Shown in pieces: positions 14,001 through 27,500 of a stretch of DNA of 64,000 bases. The notes beneath the pieces were generated by a model that worked only from the letters and a program-made list of their open reading frames with translations, ran no database searches and was not told the origin of the DNA. Source of the stretch: the human T2T-CHM13v2.0 reference genome, Homo sapiens. The DNA is taken from assembly GCF_009914755.1 (NCBI RefSeq), contig NC_060937.1; one strand, written 5' to 3'. Each line of letters begins with the position of its first letter. Positions within the stretch are counted from its first letter, which is position 1. Position numbers and translations under genes: made by a program.

Positions 14001-14459
14001 TCAGAATTATGTTGATTCTATTTACAAAATGAAAAAGGCTATCAATATACTCCTGAAAGCCCCAATCTCTATTTTGGCATTTCCCAGTTTCCATGAAAAT
14101 ACACTCAGAACACTTGACATTGTCAAAGAAATTTTGGAAGACCTTTATCAATCTCAGGAGAGATCCTGGGTATCAATCTTTATTCCTATAGAAGTATGAA
14201 AAATTGAAGCTGCAAAAAAATTTAGTAGTAGTGCAGTTCAGTCTTTCTCATATACACATGAAGAAAAAATATACATACAAGGAAAAAATAATAAAGCAAC
14301 CACTTCAATAGTGGAACATTTAATCTTAAAAGCAACTTTATGGAATGTACATTACTGCCCCATTTTATTGACAGAAATAGAAGCTTAAAACAAGTAAAAG
14401 ACTTGTAAGAGGTCCCTCAGCCTGATGGCAGTAGATTTCAAATTCACAACTTATAACAG

Positions 14460-16001
14460 TGAGAGGTGACAACATGCTAGCAGCCCTTGCTCACTCTCGG
14501 CGCCGAGGGCATCCACTCTGGCCATGCTTGAGGAGCCCTTCAGCCTGCTGCTGCACTGTGGGAACCCCTCTCTGGGCTGGCCAAGGCCAGAGTAGGCTCC
14601 CTCTGCTTGCAGGGAGGTGTGGAGGGAGAGGCACCGGCAGGAACCTGGGCTGCCAGCGCGAGTTCCAGGTGGGCATGGGCTTGGTGGGCCCCACACTTGG
14701 AGCGGCCCACCGGCGCCACTGGCCCCAGGCAGTGAGGGGCTTAGCACCTGGGCCCGGCAGCTGTGGAGGGTGCGCTGGGTCCCCCAGCACTGCTGGCCCG
14801 CCCACGCCATGCTTGAATTCTTGCCAGGCCTCAGCCGCCTCCCCATGGGGCAGGGCTCGGGAGCTGCAGCCTGCCATGCCCTAGCCCCCCACCCCCAGTG
14901 GGCTCCTGCACAGCCCAAGCCTCCCTGACGGGCACCACCTCCTGCTTCGTGGTGCCCGGTCCCATCGACCACCCAAGGGCTGAGGAATGTGGGTATGCGG
15001 CACGGGACTGGCAGGCAGCTCTGCCCGTGGCCCTGGCACGGGATCCACTACGCAAAGCCAGCTGGGCTCCTGAGTCGGGTGGGTACTTGGAGAACTTTTA
15101 TGTGTAGCTGGAGGATTGTATATGCACCAATCAGCACTCTGTGTCTAGCTCCGTGTTCGTGGATGCACCAATCAACACTCTGTATCTAGCTAATCTGGTG
15201 GGGATTTGAAGAACTTTTATGTCTAGCTGGAGGATTGTAAATGCACCAATCAGCAGTTTGTGTCTAGCTCAAGGTTTGTAAATGACCAGTCAGCACTCTG
15301 TGCCTAGCTCAAGGTTTGTAAATGCACCAATCAGCCCCCTGTATCTAGCTCAAGGTTTGTAAAAGCACTGATCAGTGCTCTGTGTCTAGCTAATCTAGTG
15401 GGGACTTGGAGAACTTTTGTATCTAGTTAAAGGATTGTAAACGGACCAATCAGCTCTCTGTAAAATGGACCAATCAGCTCTCTGTAAAATGGACCAATCA
15501 GCAGGATGTGGGTGGGGTCAGATAAGGGAATAAAAGCAGTCTGCCCGAGCAGGCAGCGGCAAACTGCTACCCGCTTGGGTCCCTTTCCATGCTGTGGAAG
15601 CTTTGTTCTTTTACTCTTCGCAATAAATTTTGCCGCTGCTCGCTCTTTGGGTCCCCACTGCCTTTATGAGCTGTAACACTCACCATGAGGGTCTGCAGCT
15701 TCACTCCTGAAACCAGGGAGACCACGAACCCACTGGGAGGGACGACCAACTCTGGATAGAGGAACAAACAACTCCAAGCACGCTGCCTTTAAGAGCTGTA
15801 ACACTCATCGCGAAGGTCTGCAGCTTCACTCCTGAAGCCAGCGAGACCACAAACCCACCAGAAGGAATAAATTCCAGACAAATCTGAACATCTGAAGGAA
15901 CAAACTCCAGACACACCATCTTTAAGAACTGTAACACCGCGAGGGTCTACGGCTTCATTCTTGAAGTCAGTGAGATCAAGAACCCCCCAATTCCGGACAC
16001 A
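14460..16001 (+). mobile_element. Long LTR12 (HERV9; C/D/E-type) solo LTR
   Basis: TGAGAGGTGAC...CCAATTCCGGACACA; GC-rich U3, tandem CCAAT repeats and U5 repeats (AGCTGTAACACTCA..CAGCTTCACTCCTGAA); flanks ACAG/ATGG. Confidence 0.95.
15120..15560 (+). promoter_or_regulatory. LTR12 U3 enhancer/promoter: CCAAT (NF-Y) array, GATA site, AATAAAA TATA-like box
   Basis: Seven CCAATCA motifs between about 15127 and 15500, followed by GATAAG (15521) and GGGAATAAAAGC. This is the established ERV9 LTR promoter layout. Activity is not shown by sequence. Confidence 0.75.
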
Positions 16002-16179
16002 ATGGGGCATCTCATTTTCAATACTATAGGAATATGAGAAAATATAGTGAAAAGAAGGCCAACACTCTCCTAATTCAATTTCAGTGATTTTCAGTGCCCG
16101 TTTACTGTTTACTGAAGTAGATTAAGAAATACAACCTGAACCTAATTTATTTCATTTGTTTTAATTTTTCTCCTACTGT

Positions 16180-16805
16180 TAGTCAATACCCCCAAAATTG
16201 GCACTTTGACATGCCAAGGTGGCTTAGAAGCTGCCTCAGATCCAAGGTCTCTCTATCCTTACTTTATCCCTCCCTCTCTCCAACCCCTCAGCAAGCACAG
16301 GGAGGGACTTGGGACTCTCTCTGGGAATTTTTTATCTGACAAGGAAAGCTTCTTTTCAAAAGAAGTGCAATTGTCTTAAACCCCCTTCCTAGAGAATCTC
16401 ATCAAATAACCAGGAAAGATCAACCATCAGAACACCCGAGAAGAGACTGAGAGTCCTCACTACACCGAGACTTTTCCTCTGTTCTTCCAAGGGCAGCTCC
16501 AAGAGCTTACCTGGGGGACTTTATTTACTTAATAAGACAATCTTTGTTCCTGTGCAGCTCTGCCCCTCACCCTCCTGTATGATCTGTCTCCCATGTTCCG
16601 GGACCATATATGTCTCCCCCTGTGAGGGGAGTATTTCAGCATCAACCATCTGTCCTCTGTTTGAGTTCATGTTTTGTATGACTCCTGGGCACATATATGC
16701 ACCTTGATACATTTTGTATGCCTTTTCTCCTATTAATCTGCCCTTTGTCGGTTGATTTTCAGTTAACCTTCAGAAGGCAGAGGAAGTTTTCCTTTAGCCT
16801 CATCA
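16180..16805 (+). mobile_element. MER39/MER34-group ERV1 LTR
   Basis: The 3' end TATGCCTTTTCTCCTATTAATCTGCC..AACCTTCAGAAGGCAGAGGAAGTTTTCC resembles recalled MER39/MER34. The 5' boundary is approximate. Confidence 0.65.
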
Positions 16806-16813
16806 CCTTCATG

Positions 16814-18367
16814 TGAAACCACTTTTGAAAAATTATGACACTAAGAGAAATCTGACATGGCTGCCTCCATCTTCTAGCCTCACAGGCTGGCCGTCTTTGC
16901 TCATTCCTGGGCGTGGGACAACTAACTTTGGAGGAAATTTAGTTTATAGTTTAAATGATAATAACCCTTCCAAAAAACTCAACTGCCCTTGCAAAACTAA
17001 GGAAAGCCCACCAAATTAGGAGGATGAGAGGGGCCTAAATTTTACTAAGATGTAGGCATAATTCCAGCCATTATTCCAGAGGTCACAAGATTTGCAACTT
17101 TCTCAATTATTCTTTTGTAAAATTATTCCATTGCAAAACCTAAGGCTGGACTTTTGAGATGTCTTCTTTTCAGGTTTTTGCATTTCTGACGACCAGATGA
17201 CCCTACCCAGACTTGCCAATGGGTCCGGTGGCCCTCACCCAGGAACCAACTCAGTGCAAGAGGACAGCATCAACTCCCTATTATTTCATCTCCCACCTAA
17301 AAAATCAGCACTCCCCACTCCTTGGCCCCCTACCCACCAAACTATCTTTGGAAAAACCCCTAACCTCTGAGCCTTTGGTGAGATTGATTTGAGTAATAAG
17401 CCTCTCCCACAAGGCGTGGCCAGCCTCCTGTCTATTAAACTATTTCCTTACTGCAATGACATGGTCTCCATGAATTGATTTTGTTTGTGCAGCAGGCAGG
17501 AAGAACTCATTGGGTGGTTATGATACAAACAGGAGACAAGGAAATACTGAGAAGAAGAGGGTGGTTCCCCCGCAAAGGCCCCACCCTCAAGCCTGGATAA
17601 CGGCGGCCCAAAATGAGGACAGCCATTCTTGTTTTTGTGCCCAAAAGTTGCCTTTTGGCCGGCCATGCACCCTATCTTGTACCCATATAAACCCCAAACC
17701 CCAAGCTTCAGAAGCAGACGAGGAGACAAGCAGATGAGCAGACAAATAGCAGAATGCTGCAGCAGAAAAAGAGAGAAGAGAAGGAGCGTCTGAAAGTCGG
17801 GAGGATTTTGGCTAAGGCTGGTCGGAGAATTGGGCACTGGGTGGCCAAACTCCAGGGGAAGGTCGGAGAATCGGGCACTGGGTGGCCAAACTCCCAAACT
17901 CCAGGGGAAGATCATTTTTCCACTCCATCCCCTGTCCAGCTCCACATCCTTCTCACTGAGAGCCACCTCTACCACCCAATAAAACCCCACATTCAGCATC
18001 CTACAAATTCATGTGTAACCCAATTCTTCCGTGATACTGGACAAGAGCTTGGGGTACAGAAAGCTGTCACACTGGCCCTCTGTCCTTGCAGAGGGTCTGC
18101 TGAGCCAGTTAACACTTAAACTGTCTGAGGACAGCAAGGATAAAAGAACACAGTGTAACACATGCCCACTTGGGCTCCAGGAGTCACAGGCTCCCACCCC
18201 TGAATGCTGCTATGGGGTTAGAGCCCAGTGCCCAACTCCTGCACCTGTCCAACTGCATGCTCTCCCTTCTGTATGGGGTTTGAGCAGTGGCGGTGACCCT
18301 ACAGACTAGCCACACCCCATCACATGTCCTGGGAGGGGGGTCAGGAAACTCTCCCATTTCAGTTTTA
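16814..18367 (+). mobile_element. LTR8 (LTR8A-like) solo LTR interrupted at its 3' tip by MER50
   Basis: Starts TGAAACCACTTTTGAAAAATTATGACA..AGAAATCTGACATGGCTG; the body ends GAACTCATTGGGTGGTTA at 17520; TSD CATG at 16810-16813 and 18368-18371. Confidence 0.82.
17521..18361 (+). mobile_element. MER50 ERV1 solo LTR
   Basis: TGATAC..GGAAATACTG..AAAGGCCCCACCCTCAAGCCTGG ... TCAGGAAACTCTCCCATTTCA; TSD GTTA/GTTT. Confidence 0.85.
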
Positions 18368-18371
18368 CATG

Positions 18372-18854
18372 TAATCCTGTCCCCTTGTGTGTGGAGGGAA
18401 TCTGTGACTTGCTTCTAATTAATAGTATTTGACAAAGGTGATGGGATGTTACTCATGTGATTGTCCTAAAATATGTGCTACTCACTTCTAACAAACTGGA
18501 GCCAGAGATCAACATGCAGCTTAATAAAGCAAATGGCCATGTTTGAGAATCCCATGTGACAGAGAACGGCAGGCAGCCCCTAGGAATAGCAAAAAGCCAG
18601 TGTCTTAGAAACAGAGCTTTAAGGAAATGAATTCTACCAATAATTTGAATGAGCTTGGAAACTGTCTCCCCAGTGTAGCTTCCAGTGGGAATACAACTTC
18701 ACTAACACCTTGGTTTCAGACTTGGGAGACCTTGAACAGAGCACCAAGCTATGGTGTGTCTGAATTTGAGGCTGCAGAAATTGTGAGATTTTATATATAT
18801 AGTTTTCAAGTAATGTTTGTGGCAATTTATTATGCAGCAATAGAAAAATAACAT
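18372..18854 (+). mobile_element. MLT1 (E/F-like) MaLR LTR
   Basis: TAATCCTGTCCCCTTG..GTGACTTGCTTCTAA..AAAGGTGATGGGATG; GGAAATGAATTCTACCAA; ends TTATTATGCAGCAATAGAAAA. Confidence 0.75.
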
Positions 18855-20792
18855 AATAATTTACCTTCAATTTGGGTAAGTCTGGGTTATTTCACTTAAA
18901 TATATCTTTGATAATTAGAAAAGTTAAAAAAATTAAATACCTCTTTGATAATTAAAAAAAATTTTCTGAAGATTATTTTGGCTGTAAGCATCTGGGATTT
19001 GAAGATTGTAACCTGTGAAGGGGAAGCCGATGTTCTCATGTAAGCCAGAAATTTGTGAATATGAAATATAAACCCAAGAAGAAATATAAACCCAGGGAGT
19101 AAGGACTATAACAAAGGGCTGAAGTTGAACTCTGCATCACCTTTCTTACAGGTGTCCTGGTTCAGTGACTTCTTTAAAGAAGCCCGGAAATTTCCTTTGA
19201 GCCAACATGCAGATTTCCTAAGTGACATGCTGCCATTCATTAATTCTTGCACTTGGAGAAAGTGTCCCACACACCCCTAAATGTCACACTGCTCTAGCAG
19301 ATGACTTACTTAAAACTAACAGAAGACTGGATCCTTAAGTTTGCAGTTAAAAGCATTTAATCTTCCTTAACCAGAGTAAGTCCTCTATCTGTTAAATTCA
19401 GTCTTCAACGTCTAGAATAAGCAGCGTGTTGTCAGATTTGTTCAGTTTTCCTCAATGCTATGAGCCAAAAATAACCATTATTATACAACCAAAAGCATAA
19501 TAGGACACTATATTTTGCCTTTGTTATGACTTCACCCTACCAGATTCACAAAGCTGAATTATATATTTTTTTCAGATTTAAACAATATACCCAATCCAGA
19601 ACATGACAATTTTATTTTTTAAAAATTCACTCCATGTTTACTATTTGGTCTACTGTTTAAAAATATAAGAATAGAAGATTTATCACTCCCTACTATTAGG
19701 AATGACTCCTTTGCAAAAGCAGGGACTCACAAAATATCATTTTGGTACTTTATGGCTACTATTTTGTATCTCTGTTATTGCATGTTAATACTATACCTTG
19801 TTTGTATTCTGATAACCTGGAACACTTAGGTTGCCTCATTATTTTCCCAGGAAAAAGCCAAGAAAAAGCAAAATATTTTGGAGTTGAGAAATGTGAGCTA
19901 TGATATAAAAATCTCTGTTAAATGTGTATGAAAAGTAAGCACTCGCTTTGCTCATGTTTTGTGTGTCTTTATTTGAAAATAAATATTACTTTAATAAGGA
20001 TTTATCACAGCATTATTAAAAATTGCATAATTGCCTTTCTGCATGTTTGTCTTTTCCACAACTCCTCTTTTTTCTTACCTTTCTGCCTTCAGATACATTG
20101 GACCAGAGATCCTATAAAATGCAAGTAATTTAAATCTTGCTTCTCTTTAACAGCTCTTAGGGGATGTTGGAAAAAAACCAAAGTTTTAAATATATTAAAA
20201 CAAAAATGTGAACTATCGGATAGGAATATAGACGAGAGTTGGTAGAGTTATGTGAGGGTAGAAAATGGGTTTCCTTCCTGAGATTTTAATTTGGTGGTAT
20301 TTTCTGTAGATGCCTGGAGCACTTGTTAACATTCATATCATGGTGACAAGATTTATTTTTTGTAGAGAATATAAATTGGGCAGGAGAAAGCTTTGGGAAT
20401 GAGCAATGGGCTTGTATGGAGAAATAACAGGAAATGTGGTTCTTTCCCTCCTTATTGCAAACACACATGCACACCATTAAACTTGGGAACCTCTTTCACT
20501 GTCTCTATTTGCTGTTTTTATTTCTCTCTTTATCTTCCCTGCAGCCTCCATGTTTACTTACTTTCTACCAAAGCTTTTTACTACATATTGCAACATTGTA
20601 TGTCTCAGTCTATCCTAATAGCCCTAGTGGAATCTTTTCTTTTTTAATCAAAGCATGTAAATAATTAACACGTGTAGTTCTTTAAGACATGAATTCAGAG
20701 TGTCTCTATCAGTTAGAATTATACTTTAAGCACAGATGTGTAACCAAAGTGTCTTTGTAATCTTATTTTCAGATGTTTTATTATATGAAGTT

Positions 20793-20818
20793 GTGTGTGT
20801 TTGTGTGTGTGTGTGTGT
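20793..20818. repeat. (TG)n microsatellite
   Basis: Direct reading of an interrupted TG run. Confidence 0.85.
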
Positions 20819-21729
20819 ATGGTAAATTTTAAATCATCCATCTGATTACCATTACATGGTATTTCAATTTTGAATTTTCTAACTACACAATATCTAACCA
20901 TTAAATGTCAAATGTGTGTATAAAACATGTACTATGTTTATGTTATTGTATTTTTACAAACATACAGTAAAATTTGTTCTTTGAGAGAAAACGAATGGCA
21001 AAATGCTAATCACTGATCACAGATAATCAACTCAACAAATATCCTGATATTCGAGAATTTGTCTTAAAACCAGAAAGGTGAATTTAGGTACATCTAAATT
21101 TCATTTCTATTTCCAGCCTTACATTATTATTTTCTAAAATTAGATGAGAAAAGGGAATTTCATGAAGGATAATTTACAGAACCAGGTGGACTCAAACATT
21201 ATTGATAGATTTGTATACTGCTTATCATCACGGGAACATACCAGCTTGCTCCAAAATTATCATTTTATAGTGCGTTCTTCATGGACATATTTCATTTTTA
21301 GCTTCTCAGGAAACAAAGCCATGTTGAAGATTCCGATTCTTTATAACTAATACACTTCTTGAAGTTTACACTCCAAAACATAGCCACAGAAAATAAAGCA
21401 CGATTCATATTCACTAACCACTTTTGAAATTGTGAATTCATTTTCTGGCAAGAGCTGTGCGATTCCTTAAAATCTATTATTTCTTCTAACTCAGGGCATT
21501 TTAGCAAAGAGAAATAAGAATAGTTTTACACGACCATCTGTTCAATACACATTTTCAGTTTGAATCTAAATATCTGGAGTTTTATGAACTGAGAAAGGTT
21601 TCCCTTTATTTACTGAAAATAGTTTGTGTTACTGTTGATCTCTAATTTCAAAATAATACATGTCCATTGAAAAAGTGATGACTTTCACAAAATTATAAAA
21701 AGCAATGTTTATATTAATTTACATTTTAT

Positions 21730-22292
<563 letters not shown>

Positions 22293-23081
22293 TCAAAATG
22301 AATTGTTCTGCAGTTTCTGTCAATTTGAAATATGCCATTTTCATTTTTATGTGAAAAAATAAAATACATTACAATATTTAGGTTATGGATAAATATGATA
22401 GTGATAAAATATCTATATATACTTATAAATTTAGGATAAAGCAAAAATCACTAAATATTGGCATTGCTTGTTTTTCTTTAATCCACATAATATTAAGAGA
22501 GCAGCTTAAAGGCCCAAGCCCATGTATCTCATAGCCAAGTAAGAGGCACTTGTATCTTTTCATATTTTATCCCACTAAAGATAGCAAGTAAATACATATA
22601 AATGTAATTATTAGTAAAAATGTAAATGTAATTATAAATATTCATCAATCTGTCCTAGATTTTAGTATTACTTTTCCTCTGCATGTATCCATACAGAAAA
22701 ATCACAACAAACCCATTTGTTCAGTTGTGCTAACATTGCATTTCCAGAGAATCCCAAAATATGTTTACAAGGAAAATTGCAAGAATTCATTGGCTACATA
22801 TATATATATCAACTACCAAATATCAACCATTTAATAAGTGAAAATAAATTATTGGACAAGATCATGCTTAATGCCTTTTCCAATTCCAAATTTATAAATC
22901 AACATTCTATTTTAAAATTGTAAAAGTTGTCTGTTTATAATATTTGATATCATAGTCTTTCTAAAATTTAAGAAACTTAATATTTTTACTCTAAAGAAGA
23001 GAAAATGCATGGTGATTTTCTGGATATTTACTCTGTAGGGGATATTGCCATATTTGTAATTCTCATCTTAATAGGTCATCA

Positions 23082-23632
23082 TGAGAGGTGAAGCCAGCTG
23101 GGCTTCTAGGTCTGGTGGAGACTTGGAGAACTTCTGTGTCTAGCTAAAGGATTGTAAATGTACCAAGCATCCCTCTGTGTCTAGCTAAAGGATTGTAAAC
23201 GTGCAAATCAGCACTCTGTAAAATGGACCAATCAGCACTCTGTAAAATGGACCAATCAACAGGATGTGGGCGGGGCCAAATAAGGGAATAAAAGCTGGCC
23301 ACTGTGCCAGCAGCGGCAACTTGGTTGGGTCCCCTTCCACGCTGTGGAAGGTTTGTTCTTTTGCTCTTCACAATAAATCTTGCTGCTGCTCACTCTTTGG
23401 GTCCGCACCACCTTTAAGAGCTGTAACACTCGCTGCAAAGGTCAGCAGCTTCATTCTTGAAGTCAGTGAGACCACGAACTCACCAGAAGGAAGAAACTCT
23501 GGACACATGTGAAGGGACAAGCACCGGACACACCATCTTTAAGAGCTATAACACCCACCATGAAGGTCCATGGCTTCATTTTTGAAGTCAGTGAGACCAA
23601 GAACCCACCAGAAGGAATAAATTCTGGACACA
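23082..23632 (+). mobile_element. Short LTR12 (LTR12F-like) solo LTR
   Basis: TGAGAGGTGAAGCCAGCTGG...AATTCTGGACACA; CCAAT repeats, GGGAATAAAAGC and AATAAA; perfect TSD ATCA at 23078-23081 and 23633-23636. Confidence 0.93.
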
Positions 23633-24125
23633 ATCATTGTGAGCAGCCTAGAGAGAAAGCATGCAGTATGTGTTCATTATTCACCATAGAGTCCTGTAGG
23701 GTATAATAGTCTAAATTGACCTGTGGTAAATCCTTAAAATATATTTAGTGGTGAAATCATCCATATTTATTCCAAAATTAATAACTCTTTTTGGATAAGA
23801 AAGCTTTGGAAAAACCTTTTTTAGAGTGCATTTGGAAAAAACTTCAACAAATTTCCCTGATTAAATTAAATTTGAGTTATTCAGATCTTTCCCTCTGATT
23901 TGAAATCATAAAGTTTAATGATGCATTTGAAAGAATTAAGTTAAAAATATCTACAAGAAATTGAACAGTCCTGAAGACTACAGTGCCAAGCAGACTAGGT
24001 ATCTTTTCTGTTCTGTTGGAAGCTCAAAATAAATATGAAAGAGGCCAAAAGAAAAGAAGTGGAGGATTTTCTTCAGGCTTGGGTAACAACATTTGTCAGT
24101 AGGTTCTGAAGTATCAGAATCTCTT

Positions 24126-24543
24126 TGAAACTGGCCCAATACTCCCATAGACTGTTCTTTTTGATAAACATAGAAATTGAACCTTCTGTTGTTAAAGTTT
24201 AAAACCTGTATTTGTTTTATCTGAGTTCCTTCCTCAGGGAAAGACCTTCAGGCCTCTCAAAAAAAGTATCAAAGAACTGAAACTCACCAGATCACTGCAC
24301 CAGATGCCTCCTTGCCTCTCCCTAGTTCCTGTTTTCTTACACATTGTTACATTTCTTCTCTGCTACATAAACCCCTAGTTTTAGTCATTCAGGGAGATGA
24401 ATTTGAGACTGAGCTCCCATCTCCTTGGTTGCAACACCTGATTAAAGAAAGCCTTCTTCCTTGGCAATACTTACTGTCTCAGTGATTGGCTTTCTGTGCT
24501 ACGAGCAGCAGGACTAGACCAAACCCCCTGTGTTTTGGTAACA
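24126..24543 (+). mobile_element. 5' LTR (LTR47-like; family tentative) of the outermost ERV
   Basis: TG...CA termini (TGAAACTGGCCCAATA...TTTGGTAACA), ATTAAA signal, followed by a PBS. Confidence 0.7.
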
Positions 24544-27500
24544 GATTTTGGTTCTTTGATTGGGAAGACATTGCTTGTGGCTTGGTTGCTGTGGGCCAGA
24601 AGTCCCAGAAGTGCTCCTAAGCAGTTGCCCACCCAATTTCGGCTGGAGGTGAGTTTCTGTCTCTCTCTGGCCCCACAAGCGCTGACCCTAACCACGTTCC
24701 TGATTGCCTTGGATGAACTGACTTTGAAATTTGACATCTGCATCCCAATAGGTGAGTGTCTTTTGTGGGTCCGGACAGCAGGATATACTCCTCCCTATTA
24801 ATTTTTAAAGGAATTTCCATTTGCAAAACAAGCCCAACTAATTGAGAGAGGAGAACAACCTGTTTTAGTGTGGACAGTCTTGGGGGTTTTCTGTAATTGT
24901 GTGTTGTGTCTGGGCAAGTGAGTTTCTTTTATGGGTACCAGACAACAGGGTCAGCTCTTCTCAATATAGGAAATTCCTAAGGAATTTTTGTTTGCACTTG
25001 ATCAAGCCCAGCTGATAGAGAGAGGAAGCACCCTGTTTCAGTTTGGACACTCTCGGGGCTTCTTTGTTGCTGCAGCAGTAGGATTGTGTTTTGGTGATTG
25101 TGTGTGTGTTTGCTATATTATAGTCATGAGGAATTAGAATTCAGTAAACTTGATATTCTTTTGCAACACTGTTTGCCCCAATATTGCTTGGAATCTGGAG
25201 TTTGCTGTTTAATAGGAAAGTGGGATGGAGTTGCATGTATTTAGGCTTTTGCACTGCTTTTTAAAGCAGGGTTGGGCCTGGGTTGTATGTGATGTTCTCC
25301 TTTGGTACTGTTTGGCCTCACTGTTCTATGGAATCTGGGGAAGTTTGGCCTTTAAAAATGAGACTGCCATGAAAACTGCTTTACACAAAGTTTTGGTTCA
25401 CAGTGTTCATTGGATTACCTAATCCAGTGAATCATTTGGCAAACAAAGTGTAACCATGTTAAACCGTGAGTTTGTATTGCTATCTCATGGATAAAGTTCC
25501 AAGGTAAAAGCTATTGAATTTTTGTTTGTGTGTTTATATATGTCTAGATGTGTTTATTTGTATTCACATTTATTGTTATATGTTGTGTCTACCAAACTGG
25601 CTTGTAAATAAAATTGTACTCATAAATTAAGTAAATGAGTCCAAGCAATTTTTAAGTTTATGTGACTTGAGTAAATCTTTTTTAAACAAACTGACTTTAA
25701 AATTATTGGTAAAATAAAAAATAGAAATGTTTTCAGAATTGTCAGCATACACTTTGATCTGGGTTTTATATTTATCTTTGCTAGATATTTTAAAATATCA
25801 GGGTTTGGCACAGAAGATTATAAAACTGTAAACCCAGCCAAAACTAAATGATCTTTGTGAATTTTTTGGTAAGTAAGACAAATTTAACGTTGTTGGTTTA
25901 ATGAAAACCGCCGAATCTTCTGTGTCATTGGTAAAAATACCCGTGTAGTTAACATTAAGGCTCTTATTTAGGTTATTTAGGTGAACATCTGAAATTCACA
26001 GTCTATAAAATACTTAGTAAGGAAATAAATAATGCATAAATAATCCAACTTCTTAAAATAAATATAATGTAAATGGGTAAACACTATAGATGAACTTTTT
26101 GTGTAATTTAAAATCTTAAAATTATTTTTGATGCTCACTGGATATCTGGGTTATTTCCAGTTAAGGAAGGGTTATGATATGGGGCAATGTATTTCTTAAA
26201 ATTGTGGAATTGTTCTCATTTATGAAATGCTAATATCTGGTAGGAAGCTCAGGGTTTTTGCTTCCTAGGATTTCACTTTAATTTAAGTCTACTAAGGATA
26301 AGAATTATAGTTAACATATAATTCTGTATATAAACTGGGCCAAAAAACATATGTTACTAGTGAGAATAAATAGTTTTGTCTAATTTAGAAGTTATCTAAA
26401 AGTTAAATTATGGACTTGAAAAAGGTGATTTATGAAACAAGGTAGTTAGAAGGGGAGAGAAATATGAAGAAAGTTATAGACATGAAAATATGATTTTGGT
26501 AAGGAAGGTTGTAAAAAAAGAGTAATTTTGTATGAAAAAAGACCTTGTGTGGTAAATTTTTCATCCTGGGTAAAATGACTGATTATTTAAAGAAAAAAGA
26601 AGAAAAAATTCCGGGACTGAACAGAAAGCCCAGACATGTCTGTGGACAGTCTGTGTAAGTCATATGAAGTTTTTCATATTTCTCTGTGTCCATCTTCATG
26701 GATATACAGAGAAAATAGAAAGTTGAAAAAGTTTAGATAATGAAATAGTCTTTAAAACCTAATAAAGAATTGGAGAAAATTGGCTAATTAACATTTTTGT
26801 AGTTAAAGCTCTTAGCCTTGATGAAGGTAAAATAAAAAATATTGTAAAGAAATGCATTGGCAATTTGGCATTCTTTTTTAATAGAGTTAAGCATGAAGCC
26901 AGATTTAGTGTGAAGGCAAATTTCACATACATGCTTGCATTGCTTCACACTATTTTTGGATTTTTATGGATGGTGCTGGCACTGGAGTAGTTAGTGGTCA
27001 TGTGTCTAGAGTGAATTTATTGATTTCACAGGATATCTGGTGATATTGATGGACTTAGGATATTGAATTATGCATCAGGAATAAAATATTCATCATGTGT
27101 TTTGGCAGGGGGGTGCTCTGGGTAACACTGTAGCCTCCAGGATAGACTGAGTGTGGGAAAGTTGGGGATTGGTTTCCTGTTTCATTTGTTTTTCCTTCTA
27201 GTTTTCAGTTGTTTGCTGTTTGCTCTTTTTTGGGTTTTGCTTGTATATGCATTTATATAAAATCATTGATGTTATTTAGTTTCTAGTGGAAGGTTTTTAT
27301 TTGGTTCTGTGAATAGTTATTTTGTTTCCTGTGCATTTTTAGCAAGTCATCATTTGTTCTATTTATCTGAAATTCTAGGCTACCTTTGTCAGGCCTGTAG
27401 GAATTGAAGGAGTACCCCCACACATTTGGAATTTGGCTGGTTTTTCTTGCCTCTGATGTTCTAGGAAGCTAAAAAATATCAAAGAAGTACTTATATTTAT

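Noticed and set aside
11040-14450. Possible coding exons in AT-rich unique DNA (acceptor-like sites near 11565 and 13484)
   Set aside because: Donors are weak or absent, there is no recognisable protein similarity, and such motifs are common by chance.
14451-15107. Overlapping 100-170 aa ORFs on both strands and CpG-island-like composition
   Set aside because: They lie within or across the start of the GC-rich LTR12 U3. Stop scarcity explains them and they show no protein motifs.
15100-15500. Array of ~40-bp repeats resembling a CRISPR array
   Set aside because: These are degenerate tandem CCAAT units of LTR12 with no unique spacers and no cas genes, in a primate context.
17448-17999. 183-aa minus-strand ORF
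   Set aside because: Antisense reading of MER50/LTR8 with no recognisable domain.
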